Virus record (IMG/VR): IMGVR_UViG_3300050150_000008 | Span: 1 to 37,003 of that record | Length of the DNA: 37,003 nucleotides | From: a virus | Lineage: Duplodnaviria; Caudoviricetes | Strand: one strand, 5' to 3' | Shown: in pieces, positions 9,815 through 19,700 of the stretch | How the letters are laid out: the number at the start of each line of letters is the position of its first letter | Position numbering within the stretch: position 1 is the first letter of the stretch | Program-made: the position numbers and the translations under genes | Notes under the pieces: model-generated | What the model was told of the DNA's origin: nothing | The model's input: only the letters and a program-made list of their open reading frames with translations | Databases searched by the model: none

Positions 9815-10900
9815 ATGGCTAATGACTTTATCTCTTCCTTACTAGGAGGTGGAAATACTCCGTCTCTTAATGACATCACTAATGGACAAATAAATCCTAA
9901 TACTCAACAGTCAGGAGTACAACAGCTTTTACAACCTGCTCCTGACTCTCAGACACAACCTCAACCACAGTCTCAACAAAATCCAAGACCAATTCTACCT
10001 TCCGAACATCGTTTTGTAGAACACGATCCAAAGCATACAGGTGCTGCTGGTATTGCTCGTGACATTTTTGGTACTCTTGGAGACTTTCTTCTTACTCGTC
10101 TTGGAATGCCTGCAATGTATGCACCGGCACAACAACAGAGAAAACTAGAAGAGGCTCGTCAAGGTTTTGATCAAGATCCTTTGGCTGCAATCGACAGGGT
10201 GTCTTCTCTTAATTTTAAAGAAGGTGATAATCTCCGTAATCATTACATTGAACAACAGAGATTGGCAGCTACTCAAGCTTCGACACAAGAAGCTCGTGAC
10301 GCTAGAATTGCTTCTCTTAAAGTAGCAAATGAAGACAGAGTAAGGAACAGAGCTGCCGCTTACTTGAATGGTCTTGCTGCTGTATCTCCTGATAAGATGG
10401 ATGCTGCATACACACAGGCACGTAAGAATGCAATTTCCTTGGCTTCTCAACAAGGTGTTGATCTTACTAAAGAGCTTCCTGAAAAGTTTGACAGAAATGC
10501 CTTGACTTCTTTTATTAGTTCTTCTGTTCCTGCTGCAAAGCAATGGGATCAAAGTCTTACTAAAGAGAAGATCGTTAATAAGAAGGTCAATGACGAAGAG
10601 CGCCTTAAGTTGCTTCGTATGGGTCAAGCCGAGAGAATGTCTTATCTACAGAATACTCTTGGTATCGCTAATGCTCGTGAAGCCCGTATGGCAGGCTTCA
10701 CTCAAGCTCAAATCGACCGTATCTATGGTCGTAACGGCACTGTACAAGAAGGTACTAAACCTGTTCGTTTGCCTCCGGGTCAAACAAGTGTTAACCCTCA
10801 ACCTTCTTCGTCTTCACAAGCACCTCCTGTGGGTTACAAAAACAAACATGGATTGACGTTTAAAGGCGGAGATCCAAACAACAGAAACAACTGGAAATAA
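9815..10900 (+). CDS. Ejection protein (gp20 position)
   Basis: Q/A-rich helical protein between the gp7-like gene and the largest virion gene; ends in FKGGDPNNRNNWK. Confidence 0.6.
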   Translation: MANDFISSLLGGGNTPSLNDITNGQINPNTQQSGVQQLLQPAPDSQTQPQPQSQQNPRPILPSEHRFVEHDPKHTGAAGIARDIFGTLGDFLLTRLGMPAMYAPAQQQRKLEEARQGFDQDPLAAIDRVSSLNFKEGDNLRNHYIEQQRLAATQASTQEARDARIASLKVANEDRVRNRAAAYLNGLAAVSPDKMDAAYTQARKNAISLASQQGVDLTKELPEKFDRNALTSFISSSVPAAKQWDQSLTKEKIVNKKVNDEERLKLLRMGQAERMSYLQNTLGIANAREARMAGFTQAQIDRIYGRNGTVQEGTKPVRLPPGQTSVNPQPSSSSQAPPVGYKNKHGLTFKGGDPNNRNNWK

Positions 10901-10909
10901 GGATAGACA

Positions 10910-13900
10910 ATGGCTGAATCTTGGGAAGACTTTGGTGCCCCTGAACAAACTGCTACTAAAAAGCCATTGTCTAAACCGAATTGGGAAGACTTTGGGGCAC
11001 CTGAACAAATTCCTGATCCTTACGAGGGTTTTGATCCTCGTCATTTTTACCCTGCCGATCCTCTTACCGGAAAAGGGCCTGAAGCAAAATACCCTGAGAT
11101 TATGTACAATACAGATCTTACAAGGGCAGAAAAAGAAAATAAGTTGGCTGAAATTACTGCCGACTACGAAGATGAAAATACACCTTTGAGTCAAAAGACA
11201 GTTGGTGAAGCCGCTTACGAAGGCCTTAAAGGTCTTAAGAATATCTGGACTGATACTTCTGGTGAACACGGTATTTCAAAAGAGACTCAAGATTTCTTAG
11301 GCGGCAATACCGAGCATGGTATGCTTCTTAATCCTATTTTTCATGCTCCTGCTGCTATTGCAGACCTTGGTACTAGAGCCCTTGAAACTCTTGATAGTGG
11401 TGTAAAGGGCCTTGCCGACTTTGTTATTAAAGACGGTAAAGAAATGGTAGAAGGTTTGCAACAGGCTTTCCCTTTGTTCGGAGAAGAGATCGGAGGGTTT
11501 GGTAATTTTCGCACCCCTATTCATGACACTTTGTCTCCTGAAGTCCGTGCTGCAAAGAACGCCGAAGCTGATGCTCTTTTTTATGGAGATGAAGCTGCTG
11601 GACGTAAACCTGCAACTTTTGAAGAAATGAATAAGTGGGCCGAAGACAACGACATGTCTCATTTTGGGGATGACCTTAAGAAAAGGATTGAAGCCCGTGA
11701 TGCAAAAGGACCTGTCGTTGATTCGTCTTTGACGGATAATCCCCTTGGTTCTAAACCTCTTCAAGGTCATGTCGATACTATTACTAAAGACTGGAAAAAT
11801 AAACCAGAGATTCAAGTAGTAGATAAACATGAAGACCTTCCTCAAGATCTTCAAGAGCATCTTGAAATGGAGAACACCGAGGACGCCCAAGGTATCCATT
11901 GGAAAGGTAAGACTTATATCCTTGGTCATAACCTTGAAGATCCTTCTCAAGTAGCAAGTATTACGTACCATGAAGCTCTTGGCCACCACGGTCTTGAACA
12001 GACTTTTGGTGCTAATCTTGACAGCACTCTTGAGTCTATCTATAACAACAACAAGAAGTTTCAAGCCGAAGTAGATCAATGGCGTAAAGACAACGACCAT
12101 TACGAACATCGTCCTGATGCTCTTCATAGAGCCGCAGAAGAAGTCCTCGTTGAGAAGCTTGAAAATGGCGCTCTTGATAAATCAATTAAAGACAGAGTGA
12201 TTGCTGTTCTTTCTAAATACGCCCGTAAGATGGGTGTAAAACTTGACATGACTGATGCAGAGATTCGAGAGATTCTCCGTCAAGCTCAAGACACTGTCAT
12301 CAACGGAAAGAAAGAAGCCGTCGACTCTGAAGGCGGTAAGTATATGTATCTTGGTCGTCAAGCCAAGGGTGCCGATCTTACTAAACTAGACGAACTGCAA
12401 AAAAGAGACAGAGAAGGTCAAGACACTGGTCCTGATAGTCAGAACAGAAAAACGCTTAACTGGTTCCACGGCTATGACGGGAAGTCTCGTTTTGAAATCT
12501 CTGATATGTCTGCGTCTCTCAAGAAAGCTGAAGCCGGTTCTAAACCTCATGAATTTTCTTCAGATGTAAGAGAACTTCTCGGAGAGTACAATTCTAAAGA
12601 CACTCCTGAAATTCGTACTCAAAAAAATACAGCTAAAGGAACAGCAAGCTATTTTGCAGATCTTACCAATAAACTACGTCGTTATCCTACAGCAAAAGAA
12701 CTTGAAGAAGCGACTGGAAAAACAGTTCTTTACAAATCTGAAGATTTTCCTGCTGCTGTAAAGAATCTTTCTAATATTTCTGATAGACTTGGTGGTCCTT
12801 CTTCTTTGTTCCATGAAATGAAACTTGAAGACGTTCTCGACCATCCTTCTTTGTTTGCTAACTATCCTGAACTAAAAGAACTTCCTGTCAAATACAATAC
12901 AGGTCCTGACAGTCTTGGACACTTTGTTCCGGGTGAAAAAAGTCATATCGGTTTGAATGATTCTTACAAAGAGACACAGCTTTCGACTGTACTCCACGAA
13001 GTTCAACACTGGATTCAGGACAAAGAAGGTTTTGCTACTGGAGGAAGTCCTACTTCTATTTTGCAAAGAGCAGATCCTGCTGATCTTGTTCAATTTATCC
13101 CTAAGATTGAAGACGGATTTAAAACAGAGAAAACTATTGCTCAAGGCAATATCGACTTTTATAATTGGTTAGAACAGCATCCTCTTAAACCTGAACTCGA
13201 TAAGTTGTATCAAAAGTTTAGAGATGGTGAAGAAACTGATAGAGATGTCAATCTTGCTATTTCAGCAAAAGAAAAATTAAGACTTGAGTATAACGAATAT
13301 AGAGCAAAAAATGGACTCATGCCTGGCAAAGCCAGCACTGTAAGAGAAGTCCTTAATTCTTTACAAGGAGATTGGTTTAAACAAAGATTTGAAGATTGGA
13401 CTGCCGATGTACATGACGCAAATGTAAATCTTACTCGTCTTGACAACATTAAGAAAGGTGTTGAAGATTCTAGTGGATTGAAAGAAATTCTTAATCAGAG
13501 TTCTAAAAAACAGTCTGTTGCAAGAGATGCTTATCAAAATATCTCTGGTGAAATTGAAGCTCGTGATGTCCAAGATCGCCAATACTTAAGCAAAGGCGAA
13601 AGAGAAGACACTACTCCTTACTCTTCTTCTGATGTAAATCCAGATAATCATATCTTGCTTTTCAGAGAAGAACCTGGCTCTCCTTTGTCTAAGCAAGCCA
13701 ATGAGCTTGGTGCAAAATACATGAAGAGGAAAAGTCAAGCCGGTAATATCAATCTTACTAAGCTTCATACAAGTCGTGCCATGGATGATCTTCTTGAAGA
13801 CATTGCTAAAGACATTCATCTTTTGCCTGAGCAAAGTCATAAAGAAACTGTTGAACTTGCTAAAGAACTTGGTATGACAAGGGAATCTTTTATTAAGTCT

Positions 13901-16066
13901 GCTCTTGGATGGACTCCACAAAAGATTGTTGCAGCAAGGATGTTTCTTCTTCAAAGTGCATCTGACACTGTTCGTCTTAGTAGAGAATACGCCGCACTTG
14001 AAAATCCTACTGAAGCAGAAACTGCTCAATGGATGGCTCAATTGGCAAGACATGCCACTATCCAACAAAAGCTTCAAAACATCACTAAGGTTACTGCTCA
14101 AAATCTTGACTCTTTTAAGATCAAACTTGACAACCGTGGTGAAATGAATGAAGCCGCTGTTAAGTTGGCTATGGGTCGTATTCCAGAAAGTCTTCGTAAC
14201 GATCCAGAGAAGATGCGTAATCTTGCTCTTATGATTGTAAGAAACAGCAACGATCCTCGTATTCTTAATAAGATTGCAAGGGACGCAATGAGAACAAAGG
14301 GTGACCTTGTTACTCAAGTCTGGTATAACATGATCCTGTCTAACCCTATTACCCATCTTAGGTATTGGGGAGGCAATCTTGCAGCGGCTGGTACTGATCT
14401 GGCTTCTCAAGGTCTTGCTGCCGCAATAGGGCAACCCAAGCGTTTCTTGTCTCCTAATGCAGACCGTGTCCTTGGCAGGGAAGTCCTTGCCCGTACAGTC
14501 GGTTCTGTCATGGGTATCAAGCAAGGTCTTATGAATGTCTTTGAAAATATTACTGAAGCAGGTGCAGCAGACTCTAGTCTGGGTAAAGCCGCAATTGATG
14601 CAATGACAAGTAAGAATCCTTCTACTGCCAATAGAACTCTTGGGTCTGAAATCTCTAAGAGAGCTAACAAATATAAGGCAGTCGGTGGAAACTTTCTCCC
14701 TACGGGTATTCTTCATAACGTAGAAAGTCTTTTTCAAGGTGTTCTACAAAGTGGAGACTATTGGGCTAATGCAGTAAGGACTGCCGAGAAAGAAGGTAAA
14801 GGTTGGAACAAAGCAAGAATTGCCGAGTTAATTAACAACCCTACTGAAGAAATGATTGCTTCTGCCAATGAGTATTCGTCTAGAATGCAGTACACAGATC
14901 CTGTAGGACCTGTCGCTAACATCTTAGAGCGCTGGAGAAATTCTCCTAATACTCAACCAGGTCAAGGTGCTTTGAAATACGCATCTAGATTTATCATTCC
15001 TTTTGTACAGCGTCCTGATGGTATTATTCGTTTTGCTATCAGACACTCTCCAGCAGGAGCTCTTGATCGCTACAACCAAGCCGACTTCCTCGCAGGAGGG
15101 GCTCGTCGTGATCTTGCTATTGCTAGAGTTGCTGTAGGTTCTGCAATTGCTCTCTACATCGGGGGAAAAGTTCTCAACCAAGAAGTCACTGGGAGCGGTC
15201 CTACGGATTACGTCGCTCAACAACAGTGGCTTGCAAATGGTAATCGTCCCTACTCCTATAAGGACAGAGACGGAAACTGGGTGTCTTACAAGGGCTGGGG
15301 TCCAATGGCTGACATGATTGGCAGTACTGCCGACCTTGTTCACAGCTATGAACATCAAGACCCTAGTAAAGAAGACTTTGATAAAGCAGCTTCTGTGATT
15401 GGTCATGGCGCTCGTATTCTTTACAACGATCAATGGGTTTCTGATATGGCTCCATTTATGAAAGCCCTTGATGAAAAAGCCCCTGAAAGTACGTTGTCGA
15501 GTACGGCTAAAAATCTTATTGCCAATCAAGTATCTTCTATGGTTGTTCCTGCCGGTGTCAGACAGATCACTCAAATGAACGATCCTGTTGTCAGAGACAT
15601 GAGAGGAGACTCTTTGTCTGAGATGATTAAGAATCGTATCAAGGGTGGTATTCCAGGACAGACAGAAAGTCTTCCTGTTAAACTTGACGCCTATGGAGAT
15701 CCAACTCCGGCTGAGAAAAGTATTTTTCCGACAAAGAAAAAAGAAACTGATTCAATGCGAATTGAAATGGATCGGTTGTCGGAAGGTAAAGCCCTGTTTA
15801 CTGGAACTCCTACTAAACTCTCAGATGATGACGGAAACGAAATCAAACTGACTAAAGAACAGAAGATTAAATACGCCTCTGTGACTGGTCAAGAGTTTCA
15901 AAAGAGCCTTAGACAGTGGATGGCTCATCCGTCTTGGAAAAAAATGTCTGATGACGACAAAAGAGAAATCATCAGAGAACTTCATCATGACGCAACTGAA
16001 GTCGCTAAAGATGCAGTAATTGCTCCATCTAAAGAAGTCACTCCTAGTTACGAAAATTTTAAATAA
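10910..16066 (+). CDS. Large ejection / polyvalent protein (gp16 position) with two zincin-like motifs and an LPD23-like domain
   Basis: 1718 aa; HEALGH near 11969; WFHGYDGKSRFEISD..LDHPSLFANYPEL..LHEVQHWIQDKEGFATGG..GEIEAR block; helical C-terminal half. Confidence 0.7.
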   Translation: MAESWEDFGAPEQTATKKPLSKPNWEDFGAPEQIPDPYEGFDPRHFYPADPLTGKGPEAKYPEIMYNTDLTRAEKENKLAEITADYEDENTPLSQKTVGEAAYEGLKGLKNIWTDTSGEHGISKETQDFLGGNTEHGMLLNPIFHAPAAIADLGTRALETLDSGVKGLADFVIKDGKEMVEGLQQAFPLFGEEIGGFGNFRTPIHDTLSPEVRAAKNAEADALFYGDEAAGRKPATFEEMNKWAEDNDMSHFGDDLKKRIEARDAKGPVVDSSLTDNPLGSKPLQGHVDTITKDWKNKPEIQVVDKHEDLPQDLQEHLEMENTEDAQGIHWKGKTYILGHNLEDPSQVASITYHEALGHHGLEQTFGANLDSTLESIYNNNKKFQAEVDQWRKDNDHYEHRPDALHRAAEEVLVEKLENGALDKSIKDRVIAVLSKYARKMGVKLDMTDAEIREILRQAQDTVINGKKEAVDSEGGKYMYLGRQAKGADLTKLDELQKRDREGQDTGPDSQNRKTLNWFHGYDGKSRFEISDMSASLKKAEAGSKPHEFSSDVRELLGEYNSKDTPEIRTQKNTAKGTASYFADLTNKLRRYPTAKELEEATGKTVLYKSEDFPAAVKNLSNISDRLGGPSSLFHEMKLEDVLDHPSLFANYPELKELPVKYNTGPDSLGHFVPGEKSHIGLNDSYKETQLSTVLHEVQHWIQDKEGFATGGSPTSILQRADPADLVQFIPKIEDGFKTEKTIAQGNIDFYNWLEQHPLKPELDKLYQKFRDGEETDRDVNLAISAKEKLRLEYNEYRAKNGLMPGKASTVREVLNSLQGDWFKQRFEDWTADVHDANVNLTRLDNIKKGVEDSSGLKEILNQSSKKQSVARDAYQNISGEIEARDVQDRQYLSKGEREDTTPYSSSDVNPDNHILLFREEPGSPLSKQANELGAKYMKRKSQAGNINLTKLHTSRAMDDLLEDIAKDIHLLPEQSHKETVELAKELGMTRESFIKSALGWTPQKIVAARMFLLQSASDTVRLSREYAALENPTEAETAQWMAQLARHATIQQKLQNITKVTAQNLDSFKIKLDNRGEMNEAAVKLAMGRIPESLRNDPEKMRNLALMIVRNSNDPRILNKIARDAMRTKGDLVTQVWYNMILSNPITHLRYWGGNLAAAGTDLASQGLAAAIGQPKRFLSPNADRVLGREVLARTVGSVMGIKQGLMNVFENITEAGAADSSLGKAAIDAMTSKNPSTANRTLGSEISKRANKYKAVGGNFLPTGILHNVESLFQGVLQSGDYWANAVRTAEKEGKGWNKARIAELINNPTEEMIASANEYSSRMQYTDPVGPVANILERWRNSPNTQPGQGALKYASRFIIPFVQRPDGIIRFAIRHSPAGALDRYNQADFLAGGARRDLAIARVAVGSAIALYIGGKVLNQEVTGSGPTDYVAQQQWLANGNRPYSYKDRDGNWVSYKGWGPMADMIGSTADLVHSYEHQDPSKEDFDKAASVIGHGARILYNDQWVSDMAPFMKALDEKAPESTLSSTAKNLIANQVSSMVVPAGVRQITQMNDPVVRDMRGDSLSEMIKNRIKGGIPGQTESLPVKLDAYGDPTPAEKSIFPTKKKETDSMRIEMDRLSEGKALFTGTPTKLSDDDGNEIKLTKEQKIKYASVTGQEFQKSLRQWMAHPSWKKMSDDDKREIIRELHHDATEVAKDAVIAPSKEVTPSYENFK

Positions 16067-16119
16067 AAAAACCCCCCTAGAAGTTTCCGAAAGGATTCCT
16101 CTAGGGGGGTTTTTTTATT
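16062..16119. terminator. Bidirectional rho-independent terminator between the two arms
   Basis: Perfect 20-bp inverted repeat AATAAAAAAACCCCCCTAGA / TCTAGGGGGGTTTTTTTATT, inner TCC-GAAA-GGA hairpin, T7 run on both strands. Confidence 0.95.
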
Positions 16120-16390
16120 AGTTCGAAGTAACTGTGTCTGTCGAAGTCTGAGTAATACTCAGTTCCTTGGCACCGCTTTCAATCGCTGAAATAACTACAC
16201 CTGTCAACCCTGGGGCTGTCGAAGTAGTAATGGCAGATCGAATAGTACCAAGACCGGCTGCACCGAGGAGGGCGTAGACAAACTCAGGAATAGGAGTATG
16301 GTAATAAGCAGAAACACCTGCAAGAATAGCAGTCGCTGCTGCAACGATGTAAGTCTTCTTGCCTGCAAGAATAGTCGAAATAGTCATCAA
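16118..16390 (-). CDS. Holin
   Basis: About 90 aa, LAGKKTYIVAA followed by two hydrophobic segments; overlaps the endolysin stop. Confidence 0.7.
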   Translation of the reverse strand: MMTISTILAGKKTYIVAAATAILAGVSAYYHTPIPEFVYALLGAAGLGTIRSAITTSTAPGLTGVVISAIESGAKELSITQTSTDTVTSN

Positions 16391-16809
16391 ATAGTTCCTC
16401 CGTTTTGAAAATAAGACAAGGGATGTCCCTTTGTCATTTGAAAGTGGGGCTTTTCTTTAAAAGACTTCCAGTCATAACCCCATTCGAAACCTTCGGCTTT
16501 AAAGATATCAGCCATTGATTTCCATACGTTTTTATAAGCACCTGCTAGATCAATCTTACTGTTGACGATAGGATAGATATCAAAGGCACATCTGTATTGG
16601 TGTAAGCTTTCACCTGGTCTGGCATTCGTTACCTTAGGTCCAGGTTTTGTCCTGCCTTGCTCATACAGCTCTTGTTGTTGTTCTCGAGTTCGATAAGTAC
16701 AGGTGACTACGTAAGAAATACCTGCTTTCTTCAAACCTTCAATACCTTTGTTAAAGGCTTCGAGTACGACAGGAAGAAGTTCTTTAGGATCACGGATCGA
16801 GTTTGACAT
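16387..16809 (-). CDS. Endolysin, M15 family L-Ala-D-Glu peptidase
   Basis: TYRT..Q..LY.QGRTKPGPKVTNARPGESLH....AFD..WGYDW..EKPHFQ. Confidence 0.9.
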   Translation of the reverse strand: MSNSIRDPKELLPVVLEAFNKGIEGLKKAGISYVVTCTYRTREQQQELYEQGRTKPGPKVTNARPGESLHQYRCAFDIYPIVNSKIDLAGAYKNVWKSMADIFKAEGFEWGYDWKSFKEKPHFQMTKGHPLSYFQNGGTI

Positions 16810-17272
16810 TTACTTTTTCTCTAGTATCTAAAAGTTGTTGATAAAAAGTCTGCCAACCTTCCAAGAGAATAGTGTTAGTTACACAAATTTCTTGGTCTTT
16901 ATTTATTTCGGAAAGTAAGACGGGTGTTGGACTTTCTGGGTCAGGATTTGAGGAGGTTTTGGCAATGGCTGTATCAACTCTGCTCTTATTCTTGGACCGC
17001 AACTTACTAATAGCGACATCAACGGTAGTAGAAGTAGATACTTGGCTTGTCTCGACATTTTTTGTATCCTCTTTAGCAACAATACTTTGTCTTGTCTTTG
17101 CCACGGCTTGTACAGTCTTTTGTACGTCGTAACATTGTTGTGTCTTTTGAATTTCTCTGAAGAGGAAGAAACCTTCCACTCCAGAGATAACCAGTAGACT
17201 TGCAACAACAACAGAAAGGACTTTAGTTAACAGAGAAGTTTGTATCGACGTCTTTAAACTGTCTAAGAGCAT
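16790..17272 (-). CDS. Rz: Inner-membrane spanin (Rz-like)
   Basis: ATG at 17272 with GGAAGG RBS, single N-terminal TM segment, helical periplasmic part; contains an embedded lipoprotein gene. Confidence 0.7.
   Translation of the reverse strand: MLLDSLKTSIQTSLLTKVLSVVVASLLVISGVEGFFLFREIQKTQQCYDVQKTVQAVAKTRQSIVAKEDTKNVETSQVSTSTTVDVAISKLRSKNKSRVDTAIAKTSSNPDPESPTPVLLSEINKDQEICVTNTILLEGWQTFYQQLLDTREKVNVKLDP
16903..17058 (-). CDS. Rz1: Outer-membrane spanin lipoprotein (Rz1-like), embedded in +1 frame
   Basis: MSRQAKYLLLLPLMSLLVS-C lipobox followed by a Pro-rich segment; 51 aa. Confidence 0.75.
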   Translation of the reverse strand: MSRQAKYLLLLPLMSLLVSCGPRIRAELIQPLPKPPQILTQKVQHPSYFPK

Positions 17273-17429
17273 CTTCAAAACCTTCCCAATTATCTACACC
17301 GTTATCGAGAAGAAGGGCAAGAAACTTTGCGTCTTCTACAATAGAAAGCAACTCCTGCAAAGGAAGAGTTGCCATAACTACACCGTCTTCAAACTGAGAC
17401 AATTTAAGCTCCTGTTTAAAATCACTCAT
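17223..17429 (-). CDS. Hypothetical phage protein (GVDNWEG motif)
   Basis: GGAG RBS; overlaps the RNR stop; I recall the motif from small phage proteins. Confidence 0.65.
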   Translation of the reverse strand: MSDFKQELKLSQFEDGVVMATLPLQELLSIVEDAKFLALLLDNGVDNWEGFEDALRQFKDVDTNFSVN

Positions 17430-19341
17430 GTACTACTCCAATACTAACTACTTCACAAGTCCCACCAGAACAAGCAAGTTCTTGACTGCCAGTGGTGTTG
17501 TCTTCCTGTTCATAAAGACGGAGATCGTCCCAATTGATTTCAGGAATAGGATGTTTCTCTAGCCAAGCGTCATACTCTTCTTCCGTGATTTCTTGATAGG
17601 GAGCTTGCTTGTAAGAACCGCCATCATAAGGAAGGAAAGACACACCAGAGAGATTATCAAAATTGTCATAAACCCAAGACCCTACTTCCATCCATTCATG
17701 TTCTTGTACATAGACAGTAGCAGAAGGCTTGTGTTCACACCAACTCTTTTGAAGCTTATCCCAAATCTCCAGACTTTCAATTGCAGATAAGTCATACCTC
17801 TTCTTACTTGAAGCAGGAGCTTTCTTTGCAAAGTAAAAGACCGTAGTGGCGTCAGGTTTCATTACGTCGGCTTCCCAATACACTCCAGCATCCTTAAGGA
17901 ACTGAGTCATTGGGTCTTTGTTATCAGCCCGTACAGTCCGAAGATAGTACGGGGAATGACGAGCATGGAGACCGGAAGCAGAGTCCACAAGTTGACTGAC
18001 TGTCCCTGAAGGCTTGACGCAAGTAGTAGCAGTAGACTGAGGAATGCCGATACGTTCAGCCCATTCTTTATTAGTTTCAACGACAATTCCCTTGAGATGT
18101 TCAAGAGTTGCATCGTCAAGTATAAGACTGGGATTATCGAGAATGCCAGTAAGGGAAACACCAAGTAGTCGCTCTTCATTACAATTGTCCTTCCAGATTT
18201 TTCTCAGATACTTGAAGTTAGTGAAGGTGCTTTGGATTGTACCAAGGATAGCAGCAGCTTTAACTTTTCGTTCAAGACTTTGAATCGTGTCGTTGCTTCG
18301 AACAACGACTTCCGTAAGATTGCAGAATTGGAACGGTCGAAGGATGATCTCTGAACAAGGGTTCGTGCCGAAATCAAACTCTGGGTTACGTCGACCATTT
18401 CGTTTTGCAATATTTTGGCAAGCATATCTGCTAAAAAAGCCTCGTTCTCCTGACTTGCTGTCATAAAGACTTTTCCATTCCTTCATAAACAAACCCATAT
18501 CAGGTTTACGTCGTGGGTATACGGCAGAGTTATTAGCAAGAGCTCTCTGTCCAGCAGTTGCCCACCAAGCCCCTGACTTGGCTTCGCGCATCCGGTCGTC
18601 AGTGACGTCAGACAATGAAATCATGGCAGAACGTCGAACACCACCTACGACGACGACGTCTGCAATCTTACACATCAAGTCATGGCATTCAAGACTTGTT
18701 AGACGGCGACCTGCTGCACCTTGAAAGAGTTTACAAGTGAAGTGAAAAAGATCTTCCAAAGGTTGTGGTCCGCTAGCGCGTCCCCCAAATGTTTTGAGGC
18801 GAGCTCCGGCAGGTCGAACTCGAGAACAATCCCATCTGGGGAGCTGACCAGCAAATAGTAGGGCGATAAGTTCTCGGAGGGACTTTGCCCATCCCTCTTT
18901 ACTATCATCCACGGTAATGACAGTGTCTGTTGGCTCAAATCGTTCGGCGACTGTTGGGAGTTTTGTGACATACATTTCCTCTACTGAAAAACCTACACCA
19001 GTACCACACATCAGGATGTACATGGTTTCGTCAAAAGAACGGGGGCTATCTACAGTAAGATAGGCACAATTATAAGCAGGGACGTTACACCGATCCATAG
19101 CTGGACCAGCAGTCATCAACGCCCGCATACTTGGCATTACTTCAAGATTGAATATCGAATCATAAAGATTCATATACTCTTCGTTTGTGAGATAATTCTC
19201 ACGATTATAATAATCAAGAAGACGAGTAACAGTCTCGTCCCATGACTCACGACGCTTCTCATCATCTACCCACTTTGCGTAACGGCTCTTAAAAATGAAC
19301 TCTTCATAGACGGAAGGAAAAGGATTAGTATTGGTTTTCAT
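17422..19341 (-). CDS. nrdJ: Class II (adenosylcobalamin-dependent) ribonucleotide reductase
   Basis: PSMRAL, YNC, GTGVGFSV, RRSA, GTNPCSEI, FCNL, VKPSGTVSQL, C-terminal CSGGTC; no beta-subunit gene nearby. Confidence 0.92.
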   Translation of the reverse strand: MKTNTNPFPSVYEEFIFKSRYAKWVDDEKRRESWDETVTRLLDYYNRENYLTNEEYMNLYDSIFNLEVMPSMRALMTAGPAMDRCNVPAYNCAYLTVDSPRSFDETMYILMCGTGVGFSVEEMYVTKLPTVAERFEPTDTVITVDDSKEGWAKSLRELIALLFAGQLPRWDCSRVRPAGARLKTFGGRASGPQPLEDLFHFTCKLFQGAAGRRLTSLECHDLMCKIADVVVVGGVRRSAMISLSDVTDDRMREAKSGAWWATAGQRALANNSAVYPRRKPDMGLFMKEWKSLYDSKSGERGFFSRYACQNIAKRNGRRNPEFDFGTNPCSEIILRPFQFCNLTEVVVRSNDTIQSLERKVKAAAILGTIQSTFTNFKYLRKIWKDNCNEERLLGVSLTGILDNPSLILDDATLEHLKGIVVETNKEWAERIGIPQSTATTCVKPSGTVSQLVDSASGLHARHSPYYLRTVRADNKDPMTQFLKDAGVYWEADVMKPDATTVFYFAKKAPASSKKRYDLSAIESLEIWDKLQKSWCEHKPSATVYVQEHEWMEVGSWVYDNFDNLSGVSFLPYDGGSYKQAPYQEITEEEYDAWLEKHPIPEINWDDLRLYEQEDNTTGSQELACSGGTCEVVSIGVVHE

Positions 19342-19700
19342 TAAAGACCCTTTAGGTTAGGAGCTGCATAGGTAGAGGGTTTGAGGATTTTACCGTCCTC
19401 ACGACGACGCAGCTTGCCGTCGACAAGTTTAGTCATGTTACTTTCGTGGACACGACCAAAAGCTTCTTCGAGATCGACTCTATACCCTACAGCAAGTTGG
19501 GACAAGGTATATTGTACGTCTGCGAATTCTTTTACTAGATTTTCTCTTTCAGAAGGATCGTCTTTGTACTTCTTAAGACTTTCAAGAAGCTCTTCGACTT
19601 CTTCTTTAAAGCAAGTCTTATAAAGTTTCAAGTCATTCATTGCAGGATTTGCAACTACCATAAAGTCTTCGAGGTACTCCTCGCGGTTCTTAGTTCTCAT
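19341..19700 (-). CDS. MazG-like all-alpha NTP pyrophosphohydrolase
   Basis: EEVEE..KEFADVQY..RVHESNMTK..RREDGKILKP; start likely ATG 19700 (track gives 19718). Confidence 0.85.
   Translation of the reverse strand: MRTKNREEYLEDFMVVANPAMNDLKLYKTCFKEEVEELLESLKKYKDDPSERENLVKEFADVQYTLSQLAVGYRVDLEEAFGRVHESNMTKLVDGKLRRREDGKILKPSTYAAPNLKGL

Noticed and set aside
997-15574. Minus-strand ORFs within the structural arm (205, 276, 383, 216 aa and others)
   Set aside because: Antisense shadows of well-supported + strand genes.
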